Shown: positions 12,955 through 25,351, counted from the stretch's first letter. The stretch: DNA of 64,000 nt from Felis catus (GCF_018350175.1 NC_058368.1:52205815-52269814); one strand, 5' to 3'. Program-made: numbers and translations. Notes: generated by a model not told the origin, from the letters alone.

Positions 12955-14479
12955 AACACCTATTTCTAACTGGAAGAAATTCACAGACAATTTTCACTTT
13001 TATGGAAAAAAGGTGAAAAGCAAACATGACATCCAGGGTTTGCTTTGCCGTGAGCCTTGCGGAGGTAGTGTGCACCTCACGCAACAAGAGCAGTCCCGCC
13101 AGGCCCCTTCCCAGGGGACCACACTCAGCCTCCCAGCACAAGGCCCCAGAGCTGTGTCTGTGAGCCCCTGTGCTTTACCTAGACTTACTGTGTGCGTCCG
13201 CTAGCAAGATGTGTCCTAGGGTATCACAAAAGCCCAAGAGAAGTTATTTTGGGGGGATGGGACACTCAAAATTTTCCATATAAATTAATGCTCATCGCCT
13301 TTGCACTCTGCTATTTTGGCTTATTTTCAGACAGTGGGGGAACCCTCTGTTCTTGCTTGAACACCAATTCTTATTCTTGGAAGCAAACTTTTCTGCTTAT
13401 TTGTGTCTCTCAATTCTCTTTCTCTGCTCTGCCCATTCAACAAACTCGGTTTTATTTGAGGTATCGGGAAGACAACGGTGCGTCAGTGCGTGACGGTCTC
13501 AGGACATGCGCTGATGCATCTGCCCATCCGTGACTTCACTCAGGGGCCACTTTATGGAGCATTTCTACATGTGATCAGAATTTTAGAATAAGAAAACTGG
13601 TAGAGCAAACCTCAAAATAATAAAGAGTGAGCAAAATTAAGTTCCAACATGGGGGGAGAAAACACACAAGAAAAACTTTTGTCAGGGTCAGAAGTGGATG
13701 CTTTCCTTGAGAGGTAGAAATTCAAGATCTCATCCAGCAGCGCCATTGTGGTGTGGGAAACACACTCCCTGTTCTCGGAAAGTGAGGTACATGGGCTATT
13801 TCTTCTTGTGAGGCACCTGAATTATAAACTGGTGACTCTAGAACTGCTACCAGTAAGGAGTCGGCCCAATCTGGAAGGGGTAAATCATGTGCCCTGTCAC
13901 TGGGAGTTCTAAGATTCCTGGAGTAGTGGCAAAACAATAGAGGTCTTGGCCAATAGAGGTTTGTTCCACTGCTGGTGGTTTACCGAAGATGAATCAGCAC
14001 TAGTAGCCAAAGAATGTCAAGGTTAAGCAATAGCACCCCCCTTCTTGTCTCCTCAGACTTCCCTTCAGAACTGTCCCACCCAAGTCTCTGCAGATGTTGG
14101 TGTTTGTGAGATGACCTTGCAGAGGGCTGCATCGGGCCAATTTGTGAGTTCATGAGTTCCTCTGTCTCCCTTCCCTCCTCCCTGGAGGCTGACAGTGCTT
14201 GGGGAAAAACAGAAGTCATCTGATGGTTGGGGCAAAACAAGAAGCAAGTCATGAGTTTGCTGGTTTTTGAGGGGTTACTGCTATATCACACATTGTTCTT
14301 CATTAGGCTAGTAGTCTTGGTAAGACATGACATTTTTTGATAACTTAAATCCAGGCTTAGAATTTTTAATGCCACTTTAAGTTACTAATTATAAAACTAA
14401 ACTTGATGTCTCTTGATCCCACAAAACACATGAGTCAATCACCGGCTATATAGTAATTTTTTTGAGATTCAAGATCTTA

Positions 14480-14700
14480 GGGGGACCTGGATGGTTCAGT
14501 TGGTTGAGCGACCAGCTCTTAATCTTGGCTTGGGTCATGAGCTCACGATTTGTGAGTTCCAGCCCCACATCGGTCAGGCTCTGCACTATCAGTGTGGAGC
14601 CTGCTTGGAATTCTCTGCCTCCCTCTCTCTCTCTGCTCCTCCCCAACTCATGCTGTCTCTCTCAAAATTAACATTAAACAAAAAGATTCAGAAGAAAAAA
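14480..14700 (+). mobile_element. CanSINE
   Basis: Diverged head GGGGGACCTGGATGGTTCAG, CT tract, A-tail. Confidence 0.93.
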
Positions 14701-15149
14701 GAGATTTGTGATCTTGGCCAAGATATAAAATAACTAATATATACCCATTTGGAAAAGTATTAAATACTATAACTATACACACTCTATTATGTATTCTAAA
14801 AAGTCCCTTTTGGTTTGAGAAGTTAGTTCTCATAGAAATCGTAGATAGTTATTCTAAGAGTGGTCAAATCATGTAGGCCCACTGAAATTGGGGAAAGATA
14901 ATCTGTCTGCAGCCTCAGTTTGAATGTGGATTCCTTCCCAGATAATCCTTTGAGCTTACTTCTTAGGCTTTGTCTGGAAGCAGAAACAATGCCACCAAAT
15001 ATGATGTATAAGCAAGTATATGTATCTGAACATCATTTGTAATAGGACGTACTGGAAAAAAATGTAAGTACCTACCAATGTAAGACTGGTTTAAAGAATT
15101 GTGTCAGATTTATAAAATGGAATGTCTTGAATTCATTTAAAATATTTTC

Positions 15150-15355
15150 TTTTCTTTTTCTTTATTTTTAATCTCAAGTTAGTTAACATACAGTGTAGTC
15201 TTGGCTTCGGGAGTAGAACCCAGTGATTCATCTCTTACATATGACACCCAGTGCTCATCCCAATAAGTGCCCTCCTCCTCAATGCCGTCACCCATTTAAC
15301 CCACCCTCCCCCACCAGGGGAAATAGGGGAAGGGAAAGATACATTAGATAAAATA
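15150..15355 (-). mobile_element. Carnivore L1 3'-end fragment with probable short 5' inversion
   Basis: GACACCCAGTGCTCATCCCAATAAGTGCCCTCC antisense 3'UTR; flanking AATATTTTCT direct repeats. Confidence 0.8.
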
Positions 15356-15699
15356 ATATTTTCTAAATACAAATTTTTTTATAAATACTACTTTGTTATC
15401 ATTATTGTTAAACATTGACATGGAAGCAACTTTGAAAAGTGTTTTTAAAGTGAGAAAAAGGTAACAAACAAAAACTATACATTAATGTGGTAAAATAATA
15501 TACACACACCTAGAAAATTTATTAAAATATAATTATATATATTGCAAGTTCTCTCTATACTGTCATAGAAAAATACTATCTCAGTGTTAATGATTGTTAC
15601 TTCATGGTTAAATCACAGATTATTTTCTTTTTCTTACATAGCTTTGTATGTGTGTTTATTGCTTGTGCCATAAAGATAAAGTTATATTAAATTATAGTT

Positions 15700-16480
15700 T
15701 TCAGGCTAAAATGGCAGAATATAGTTGGAGCACGAACCTTTCTCCCTAACAGCTAAGAAAATAAATAAAAATAGTAACAAATAAAGTGTGAAATTTAACC
15801 AACAATCAAATAGAAAGGACGAGCAACCACATGTGGTCAAGTTCAAAATGTGATGTTCAGTACAAAAACTAGTTCCTCCCCTGGAGTGGAGTGCAGTGGT
15901 TCCTAGCTTTACCCCTATGTCCCAGTAGTTGTAGTGGGTAGAAAAGTTGAATCAATGAAATTCCAAACTTAAAATTCTCAGCAGCGTCATTATGGTTTGT
16001 ATCCACCGCCATTCCCAGGTTAGAGAGCAGTAAGCAGGCTGAGGCTGCGAGGATGAGGAAATTATTCCAGGAAGAGTCAAGGACAAATCCTATAGAGTAA
16101 AGGCTACATCAATTGAGCCAATAGAAATGGACTTCAAAACCACTGGAGAGGTTTGAGATTATCCAGGATTTCCTGATAAATCCTGGCAAAACTTAAAAGC
16201 CCCAGTGATTCCCTTTCTGGACTAAAATCGTTTCCCAACTAGGTGAAATGATACACAACATTGAAGAAAATCCCGAAGGAGAGAGTGGAGCTGCTGACCT
16301 TTAAAGGAGGATGTGCAAAGACCCAGCTGAACTCCTCCCCACCCTCACTTTCCTTCCATAGCACTCACCACTGCCTCTAGGCTACAGAAAAGCAAAGGGA
16401 ACTCGAGGTTCAGCCTTTGTAGCCAAGAAGAACAGACAAACAGGTTTTAAAAGCAGGAGGGTAGGTGTCTAGAAACATTT
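15700..16480 (+). mobile_element. Possible ancient L1ME/HAL1 5' region
   Basis: Starts GGCTAAAATGGCAGAATA (L1 5'-terminus-like) with A-rich sense texture; highly diverged. Confidence 0.4.
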
Positions 16481-16489
16481 AAATGCTTA

Positions 16490-17415
16490 AAAAATTGTAT
16501 TTCTCACACCCGTGGATGGGTTTTCCACACCAAAAAATTCTATAATTCTCTGCAGATACAACTGAGTATCCTACAATTTACTTCAGTTCTGACACTCACT
16601 ACCTAGAGTTAGCACATACCCTGCTGGTTAAGGGTTCTAGGATTTCAATGTTTATTTATTTTTGGGACAGAGAGAGACAAAGCATGAACCGGGGAGGGTC
16701 AGAGAGAGAGGGAGACACAGAATTGGAAACAGGCTCCAGGCTCTGAGCCATCAGCTCAGAGCCCGACGCGGGGCTCGAACTCCCGGACCTCGAGATCGTG
16801 ACCTGGCTGAAGTCGGATGCTTAACCGACTGCGCCACCCAGGCGCCCCAAGGGTTCTAGGATTTCAGATGCTAATCACCAGTAGTGGGTCCCCAGGTTAT
16901 CCACACTTCTGTCCAACTTGGCCACAAATCGAGTTTCCATAATCCCCTCCACAAGTTTGACAATTTGCCGTAGAGACTCACAGAACTCAGGGAACATTTA
17001 CATTTACCAGTTCATATTATAAGGAACGTAAATGAGGAGGCAGACAAAGAGGTACAAAGGGCAAGGTCTGAAAGGGTCCTGAGTGCAGGAGCTTCTGTTC
17101 TGGGCGGCAACTGGGCCATCTCTCTAGCACATGGATGCATTCCCCAGCCCCAAAGCTCTGGGAAGTCCATTGTTTACGGTTTTTATGGAGGTTCCATTAT
17201 GTAACCATATTTGAATAAATCACTGGCATTGGTGATTAGCTTAGTCTCTAGCCCTTCTCTTCTTGGAGGTTGGGAGGAGGGGAAGAAAGTTTCAACCCTC
17301 CAGTCACATGGTTGCCTCCTTTGGCAAGCCAAACTCCATGCTGAAGCTATCTAGGAAACTATCTAGGGGTCACCAGCCACCAGTCATTTCATTATCATAT
17401 AAAAAGACACTCATC
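16490..17415 (-). mobile_element. MER21/CarLTR-like solo LTR, larger (3') part
   Basis: CAGTTCTGACACTCACTACCTAGAGTTAG, ACTCACAGAACTCAGGGAAC, GGTTTTTATGGAGGTTCCATTATGTA motifs of the MER21 family in antisense. Confidence 0.8.
16648..16848 (-). mobile_element. Young SINEC_Fc nested in LTR, almost no A-tail
   Basis: Perfect 18-bp flanking repeat AAGGGTTCTAGGATTTCA (16630-16647, 16849-16866). Confidence 0.98.
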
Positions 17416-17416
17416 A

Positions 17417-17637
17417 GGGGCGCCTGGGTGGCTCAGTCCATTGAGCATCCGACTTCGGCTCAGGTCATGATCTTGGGGTCTGTGAGTTCGAGCCCCGCTT
17501 CGGGCTCTGTGCTGACAGCTCAGAGCCTGGAGCCTGCTTCGGATTCTGTGTCTCCCCCTCTCTCTGCCCCTCCCCTGCTCATGCTCTGTCTCTCTCTTTC
17601 TCTCTCTCAAAAATAGATAAACATTAAACAAATTTTT
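17417..17637 (+). mobile_element. CanSINE (left inversion breakpoint; non-matching flanks)
   Basis: Full SINE; 5' flank AAAAGACACTCATC, 3' flank AAAGGATTGCTTTA. Confidence 0.97.
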
Positions 17638-17652
17638 AAAGGATTGCTTTAA

Positions 17653-17855
17653 GGGGCATGTGGGTAGCTCAGCCGGTTAAGCGTCCAACTCTTGATATCA
17701 GCTCAGGTTGTGATCTCGCAGTTGTGGGATTGAGCCTCGTGTCAGGCTCTGTGCTGAGCGTGGAGACTTGGTATTCTCTCTCTTTCTCTCTCTGTCCCTC
17801 CCCCGCTAGCTCATGCTCTCTCTCTCTCTCAAAAATAAATAAATAAACTTAAAAA
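17653..17855 (+). mobile_element. CanSINE
   Basis: TSD AAAG(G/T)ATTGCTTTA (17638-17651, 17856-17869). Confidence 0.95.
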
Positions 17856-17999
17856 AAAGTATTGCTTTAAATACTTTCTGCTAGGAATGAAGTTTTACGG
17901 CAGACACATTAGCTTTTAAAAGAATATTTTAGGTTAGAGTCTTCTTAAAGTTTAAATGGTCCTCTGTTCGATGTGTGCAGTTTCACTACCAGTTCATGT

Positions 18000-18430
18000 T
18001 CAGGTAAGAACGTGCTCAGTTTACCAGAAACAGCAAGAAGGCCAGTGTGGCTGGAGGCACAGCAGGGCAGAAAGAGGGCAAGAGGTCAGAGAATTCATTG
18101 AGGGTATTGTGGTCATAGTAATGACTTCGGATTTTATTCTGCGTGACATGGGAAACTAGTGAGTGCCCTAGAATGGCATTAACTGTCATTTTTATAATAC
18201 TCATCCTGCACTGAGACCAGGGGTTACAAGTGCAGCGTGGGGGGGCCAGTCAGAGTGCTTACAGTCACAAGGAAGAGGTGATAGATACTTGGAGCGGAGT
18301 ATCGGTAGTTGAGATGTGAGAAGTACTTGTGTTCTACATGTTTTTGAAAGTACAGCTTGACAGAATTTGCTGATGGATTAACTATGAGGTATTAGAGAAG
18401 GACAAAGTGGATAAGCATAGTTACAAGGGC
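18000..18430 (-). mobile_element. L2 fragment
   Basis: AGAAACAGCAAGAAGGCCAGTGTGGCTGGAG..GACTTCGGATTTTATTCTG..GAATTTGCTGATGGATT. Confidence 0.8.
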
Positions 18431-19185
18431 TTGAGCCCACATTTAAGGATATGCAGATATTACACGATATGTCAACGGACTAGAATTTAAATACAAATTT
18501 GAGAAAAAATAAAAATATCCAGCCGTATTACTATTTCCAATGTGTCAATGTGCTTTCGATGTTTCATAACGTTTGCATTCTATCTCATTACCATGTTTCC
18601 TACAATTAGTCTTCATTCTATATTTGAACATATTTAGTTATTGCTACCACTGATTTTATGTCAGCTTTTCCATTCTTGCTTTTCTTATTCCTACTTCTTG
18701 GTGGACTTGATTTCATCATCAGCTTTTTTTTTTTTTTTAGGGAGATTCACAGATCCCACATTCCCTGGGATATTTCTTGGTCGTAAATGTCTGGCTTTGA
18801 GTTATATCAAATGACACTTTTTTTTTGAGTTTCACTTTCTTTCCCCGAGAACCCTGCACCTGTAACTCTGCTGTCTCTTATCCCTGAGTGTTGTTCCCTG
18901 CCTTTTGCCACAGATTCTCCACTTATATTCTGCTCTTTGTCTTCAAGTATTTTTTCAAGAGCCACTTAAAGATATTCTACTCTTTGCTTTTATTTTTGTC
19001 TTGGAATTGTCTGCTTATTGTCTTTACACTTGACAGTTTAACAACTTATACTGTTTTAAGTCACACTTTGTTCCTCAATATTTGGGGGAAATTTTCCATT
19101 GTTTTCTGATATTGATTGTTAGCACTAAGAAACCAAGCTCCAGCCCGATTTTTTTTTTTTGACCCTCAGAAGTGATGTACTTTGT

Positions 19186-19392
19186 GGGGCACTTGGGTGG
19201 CTCAGTGGGTTAAGTGTCTGACTTCAACTCGGGTCATGATCTCACAGTTCGTGGGTTTGAGCCCCACGTAGGGGTCTGTGCTGACAGCCTGGAGCCTGGA
19301 GCCTGCTTTGGATTCTTCTGTGTCTCCCTCTCTCTCTGCCCCTCTGCTGCCTGCTCTCTGTCTCTGTCTCAAAAATAAATAAACATTAAAAA
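19186..19392 (+). mobile_element. CanSINE
   Basis: Head, CT tract, tail; TSD AGAAGTGA(TG/CT)TACTTTG. Confidence 0.95.
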
Positions 19393-19487
19393 GATTATAA
19401 GAAGTGACTTACTTTGCTTGTCTAATGCCTAAAAACTTCTTTACCTTTAAAGTTCAACAAATGAAATATTCTTCAATATTGTTTGCT

Positions 19488-19516
19488 TGATGATGATGAT
19501 GATGATGATGATGATG
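19488..19516. repeat. (GAT)n microsatellite
   Basis: TGATGATGA run; explains poly-Asp in ORF 19483. Confidence 0.95.
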
Positions 19517-20065
19517 AGAATGGTGACGTGTGTTTGTATATCCTAAAACATACTACCTTCTTTCAAAACTTTACATTTGGTTCTCTTTTCAGTTCAGAAA
19601 AAAAGTGTTATTCTATTATTCCTTTGAATACTTTTTCATTTTTCTGCGTGCCCTATTTCATGGACATTGATTTTGTATTATTTTTGGCTTCTAAACTCAT
19701 TATCCTCTCTCTAATTTCTCTTTGTCTTTTTCTTAAGCATGCCCTGTGATTATTTCAAGACTTTCTGGAACAGGAACTTAATATCCAACCATCCATTCCC
19801 TTGGCATTATTTTTCATGTATTATTTCTGTAATAATGTCATTTGTATCCTTAATTTACCAATAACTTCTTATGTTATTCTATTCATATAGTTATTAAATT
19901 CTTCTATTGTATGATGAATTTGAAAGGAGATTTCATCTGTTTCCTGGAGTATGTTTTCTTATAGGACTGGTCCTGTGAGGGTTTTTTTCCCCATGTGGTA
20001 TATATTCACAATTGCCATGACAATTCTTTGCACTAACTACCCAAATCTATTTATTGGATATAGTA

Positions 20066-20500
20066 TTGTAATATTGTGATATAATAAATATGAAATATAG
20101 ATAATAGTTTTCACCCCCTGTTTCTATCACACAGCCCCTAAAGCCTTTACAATTTCTTGGGGCGCCTGGGTGGCTCAGTCAGTTGAGTGTCCGACTTCGG
20201 CTCAGGTCATGATCTTACTTACATGAATTCAAGCCCCGTGTCGGGCTCTGTACTGACAGCTCAGAGCCTGGAGCCTGCTTCAGATTCTGTGTCTCCCTCT
20301 CTGCCCCTTGCCCACTCACACTCTGTCTCTCTCTCTCTCTTTCTCTCTCTCTCTATCAAAAATAAATAAACATTAAAAAAATAACCTTTACAATTTCTTG
20401 AGTGGTAGAAGCATCACGTGTTATATTTGGTCTTAGCACCCAATTCCTGACACAAAAGCTTTTAAGACCCTTAGAATTTCTCGGGGGATGAGTGTCTTTT
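20066..20500 (+). mobile_element. MER21/CarLTR-like LTR, 5' part (opposite strand to 16490-17415)
   Basis: Begins TGTAATATTGTGATATAATAAATA; ATATTTGGTCTT..TTCCTGACACA..TAAGACCCTTAGAATTTC..GATGAGTGTCTTTT. Confidence 0.8.
20159..20382 (+). mobile_element. CanSINE nested in LTR
   Basis: TSD CCTTTACAATTTCTT on both sides. Confidence 0.97.
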
Positions 20501-20627
20501 TATTTTTATTATTTTATTATTTTTTAATGTTTATTTATTTTTGACAGAGAGAGAGAACTCACAAACTGCAAGATCATGACCTGAGCAAAAGTTGGACACT
20601 TTACCGACTGAGCCACCCAGGTGTCCC
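20501..20627 (-). mobile_element. Internally deleted CanSINE (right inversion breakpoint)
   Basis: GA tract joined directly to GAACTCACAAACTGC; flanks are GATGAGTGTCTTTT and TAAAGCAATCCTTT. Confidence 0.95.
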
Positions 20628-20780
20628 TAAAGCAATCCTTTTAAAAGAAAGTAGGAAAGCTATGGGGGATTCCCATTAAAAATTATACTTTCTGAGCAGA
20701 CATGTTAGTAACTAAAATAATTTTAATAATATTGTCACCAAACTATACATGATAAAACATAGAGTTGGTCAGTTTAGCTT

Positions 20781-20985
20781 CTTTTAAAAATTTATTTATT
20801 TATTTTGAGAGACAGAGAGAGAGAGTGGGTAGGGAGGGCAAGAGAGGGAGGGGGACAGAGAGAGTCCCAAACAGGCTCCACTGTCAGTGCAGAGCCTGAC
20901 TCCAAGCTTAAATCTATGAACCATGAGATCATGAGCTGAAATCAAGACTCAGATGTTCAAGTGACTGAGCCACCCAGGCACTGCC
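20781..20985 (-). mobile_element. CanSINE
   Basis: Tail, GA tract, CTGAGCCACCCAGGCAC. Confidence 0.95.
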
Positions 20986-22244
20986 TAAATTAGCTTTGTA
21001 AAAAATACATTTTAAGTTCTGCATAATGGAGCCTAAAGTTTTGTAATACTAGCATAAAGATATTCCCCTATGTGCATATGTAGTAAATTAGATAAACCCA
21101 TAATCCACTGAGGACATTAAATTTCTTTCGAATAAAAAGATGGACAATATGCCAAATTCTAGGTTAGGTATATAGTTCATGGCTATAGAGACAAAATGAG
21201 GTAGAAAGCTTAGGAGTATATTTGGATAAAACGAGTTAACTAAGTGCATTATATGAAAAAAAAAAGAGTGGTTTTCTGAAATGAATTCTTTGAATTGATT
21301 GCACAAAGTGACAAATAGAAAAAAGAAGCAAGAAAGCAAAAAGAACAAGAAAACTACAAAAAATAAACCTTAATTTAGATGCAGATTGTGTTAGCATCTC
21401 TCCTCTAGTCTGATCTTCTCTCCATATCACTCACACTCTCAAGTTGAGCTAACAAGAAAACAGTGAAATTTACTTGGAATTCAGATACCTTTTCTTATGA
21501 GCTAGAGAGACAAAGAAATCCCTTCCTTGAAGTTCCTGAGTTAAGAGACAGGCCATTTTCTATGTGAGATAATGTGTTCGCCTCTTAACTACGGAGAATG
21601 GAGCTTGATGAATAATCAGCTGGACAGCAGTTGTGCAATCACTGATAGGAAGTCAGGAGTCATCGCTGGGAAAACATAAGAAAGTTTGAAGAGCCTAAGG
21701 ACAGAGGGAAGGGCTCCAGATCCCCCAGGGGAATTAGGGAATTTATAGGTTCAGGTAAAAGTGGTGTGTTTTGGTACTTTTATCTCAGAAACATACAGAA
21801 GATTGTTCAAAAAAAGTCAGTGGGTCTACAGTTGCAGATTTTATTTAGGAAAAAACAAAACAGGAGAAAAACCTTAGAGCTATCTGTACACGGCAAAGTT
21901 TACAGAAGAAAGTGTCCTTTGTTACTCTGTTGGATGTAACAACCAAAAGCATTCCAAGATTTCACTGTCCCTCCGCAGACACTCTGCCGATTTAGGGAAG
22001 CGATTAATTTCAATCTGCAATTTTTCTTCGTTCCCTTGTAGATCCTTATTTGAGCAGCTTAGTGGGGAAGCTTAAGAGTTCTTACAACTCCCCTTGCTGG
22101 CAGCAAATAAGAAGTGCAACTTTAATGTGGAAAACTTCAGATATTTATCTGGAAAGTAATGGCTAACTATAAGATCAACTTTTAATTTTAAAAACAAGAT
22201 TGCTTCCAGCTCTGATCTCTGAAGAAGTTTAAAACGTAAATTAA

Positions 22245-22420
22245 GGGTCGCCTGGGTGGCTCAGGTCATGATCTCGCAGGTGATGAGTTTGAGCCCCGCG
22301 TGGGGCCGTGTGCTGACAGCTCAGAGCCTGGAGCCTGCTTCGGATTCTGTGTCTCCATCTCTCTCTGCCCCTCCCCTGCTCTCTCTCTCGCTCTCTCAAA
22401 AATAAAAGCACATTAAAAAC
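22245..22420 (+). mobile_element. CanSINE with short internal deletion
   Basis: GGGTGGCTCAGGTCATGATC: segment between the two GGCTCAG motifs missing. Confidence 0.95.
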
Positions 22421-23019
22421 AACTAAAAAGGAATAAAAAACAAAACATAAGTTAAAACCACAAAAAGTAATAATTAAATTTGTTGGAGATCCTAATTTCC
22501 TGAGAAGTCAGGTCAACAATGAATCTTACATTATACATTTAATTCAACAGCCTAATTTCAAAAATTCATATCTGACATCTGATCCAGAATAACATTTTCA
22601 CCTCCTGAACTTTCGGATTGTGCCTCTGCCGAATGCCATTCTGTCTCCATAGATCTATCGTTATCTGTGGCAGAAACAGAAGGTTCCCCAATCATTTAAT
22701 CTACCCCCCCCCCGCCCACACCACGCATTTTAACCCCCTTGCCATTCTTGCAATTGGGCAGCAGTGATGTGCATCACTTACCGGTCTTCAAACAAAAGAA
22801 CCTGCCCACGACCCCCAATGTCTCCCCCACAGCTGCGGTCACTGCAGACGTCCCAGATAGTGTCCATCGGCCTAGTGCTTGAGTGCCCATATGGAGCAGA
22901 TTCCCCTGCGTGCCTATTCTTCCTAATGACCCACAGTGGATTCTGCATGAGAAATGCCTGTTAAGAGTTAAGCAATTGAGATTTCGAGGCTCTTATGTGC
23001 TGAAAATAATAAAGTAGCT

Positions 23020-23260
23020 GATGTTTTTAGAACACCTGCAGCATATTAGGCACAATCCTGAACACTTCATATGTCTCACTCGGTGTTTGCAACAGGCCAG
23101 TGAAGCAGTTTTGCTATTTTAGTAGCCACATTTTATAGATGACCAAACTGTGGCAAAGGTAGGTGCAGTAACTGATCCCAGGTAAGATGGCAAGGAAGTG
23201 ATGGAACCAGGAAGCAACTCAGTCTCCAAATTCGCTCAGTTTTTATTTCTACTCTACACT
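23020..23260 (-). mobile_element. MIR
   Basis: CACATTTTATAGATGACCAAACTGTGGCAAAG core in antisense. Confidence 0.8.
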
Positions 23261-23289
23261 GTCTAATAAGCCAGACTTCACAATTCTTT

Positions 23290-23528
23290 TTTTTTAAGCA
23301 TTCTTTTTTTTTTAAATTTTTTTTAACATTTATTTATTTTTGAGACAGAGAGAGACAGAGCATAAACGGGGGAGGGGCAGAGAGAGAGGGAGACACAGAA
23401 TCGGAAACAGGCTCCAGGCTCTGAGCCATCAGCCCAGAGCCCGACGCGGAGCTCGAACTCACGGACTGCGAGATTGTGACCTGAGCCGAAATCGGACGCT
23501 CAACCGACTGAGCCACCCAGGTGCCCCC
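23290..23528 (-). mobile_element. Young SINEC_Fc
   Basis: Perfect TSD AGACTTCACAATTCTTT (23273-23289, 23529-23545). Confidence 0.98.
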
Positions 23529-23619
23529 AGACTTCACAATTCTTTAAGACTAGCTACACTCAACTGAATGTCATAATTCTATTCAGTAAGCTATAAAGGC
23601 AGGTTGTTATACACTTGCC

Positions 23620-24290
23620 CATTTAACCAAAATATAGTTATCAAGAGTCTACTTTGTTGAAGGCACAGTGAGGGATAAAAGCAGTGTGAGGTATAGAATG
23701 TAGTATGAAATATGGTCCCTTATCCTCACAGAGATTTTATCAAGCTAGGGAGACCAACTGGAGAACTATGGGAAGGCCAATAGCAATACAGGAGGCTTTA
23801 CACGGCTAGTTGTCGAATTAACCTTCAAACAGTAAGTGATCAGTAAGTGTTCATTGGGGAGAGGAAGTGGGGACACGCAGGAGGGAAAATCAGGGAAGAA
23901 AGGTGCAGAAAAACTAGCAAAGGAGGTGAATAAGATCAGACTGCAGATTCCCATCCCACAAGGTACGATAATCAAACAAGGCTCCATGGATGAGGTGGGG
24001 CTTGAGCATAAACTTGACAGACAGGTAAGCAGGGTGGGTCAGGGCTTTTCAAGTGAGTAGAGTGGCCCAAATACATGCGAGGGCTCCCAACATCTCTAAG
24101 AAGAGAGAGTTTGGCAGGGACAGAGAACTTCCATGTTATTGATCATGGTGTGATAAGGCAGATAAGGATAATGGCCAGCAAATTATGAGGATCTGAAGTT
24201 GTGTTTATCTTCTATGCAACAAGACATCCTTAATGTTTGTAGAATACTGAGCTGTCACTGAAATATAGGTAGATGCCCAGAAAGGTAGCT
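23620..24290 (-). mobile_element. L2 fragment
   Basis: GAGTCTACTTTGTTGAAGGCACAGTG..ATGGTCCCTTATCCTCACAGAG..GGATGAGGTGGGGCTTGAGC. Confidence 0.6.
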
Positions 24291-24599
24291 GGAGGGATCA
24301 TGAATACCCACGCACAGGCACACGTGCATGTCACTTTAGCTACGGCAATCTGTCTATGATGTCTGCACATATGATTTCTCAAAGTTTTTGTCTGAACCAG
24401 CTATTTACTTATTCAAAAAATGGTCTCCGTTAACAGTTTTTATACTGTTCTATTCTGGTTTTTTGATCTCCATATTATTTAGTTGAAAACAAATGAGAAA
24501 CCACAAAGTATTTTGAATATTATTTTATTAGAGAAATGTATGCATATGGGTTATATCAAATATGTATCAAACACGGTTTTACTCCTCAGGGTTAAGCTC

Positions 24600-24860
24600 T
24601 TTTATTTATTTATTTTTTTTATTTTTATTAATTTATTTATTTGTTTTTAAATTTTTTTAACGTTTTACTTATTTTTGAGATAGAGAGAGACAGAGCATGA
24701 ACGGGGGAGGGTCAGAGAGAGGGAGACACAGAATCTGAAACAGGCTCCAGGCTCTGAGCGGTCAGCACAGAGCCCGACGTGGGGCTCGAACTCACGGACC
24801 GCAAGATCATGACCTGAGCCAAAGTCGGCCGATTAACCGACTGAGCCACCCAGGCACCCC
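24600..24860 (-). mobile_element. SINEC_Fc
   Basis: TSD AGGGTTAAGCT; long composite T-rich tail. Confidence 0.97.
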
Positions 24861-25351
24861 AGGGTTAAGCTGTTTTAACTGTCTCTTTTAGTTTGAGGTG
24901 GTAATTGCCTTTATAACGCTAAATTATATGCTTCTACGCTGATTTCTTGACTTTCAAAGTTATGAAAATATCTTGACTTTTTAACACAAAAATATGAGAA
25001 TCTGTCTCATGCTACTCTTTTTTCTTCAATTTGATATTTTTATATCATTAGTAACTTTATTATTATTATTTTTAACTAACTTTATAACTTTCAATAATGT
25101 CCTTGATTTCTCTTTCTTTTCCCATCTACTTCAGACAATACTTCTCGAGTCCTCTTTTGTGAGATGAAGCTGTGAGTTCTCCGGCCTTTCTCTCCACAAG
25201 TTTTCTTCCTTCTGAAAGTCTGACTTACAGCTGTATTTTTACTTTGATCTTGTCAAGATTACTAACATCTCCCACCTCTCCAGTATTCTCAACTAAGTCT
25301 CTCACCTTTTCACAATACGTTGATGATAAGATTTGAGAGTCAAAACCAATC

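Larger units (their letters stand above)
18500..20060 (-). mobile_element. Ancient L1ME/HAL1-like fragment
   Basis: T-rich antisense L1 texture, e.g. TTCCATTGTTTTCTGATATTGATTGTTAGCACTAAGAAACC. Confidence 0.55.
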
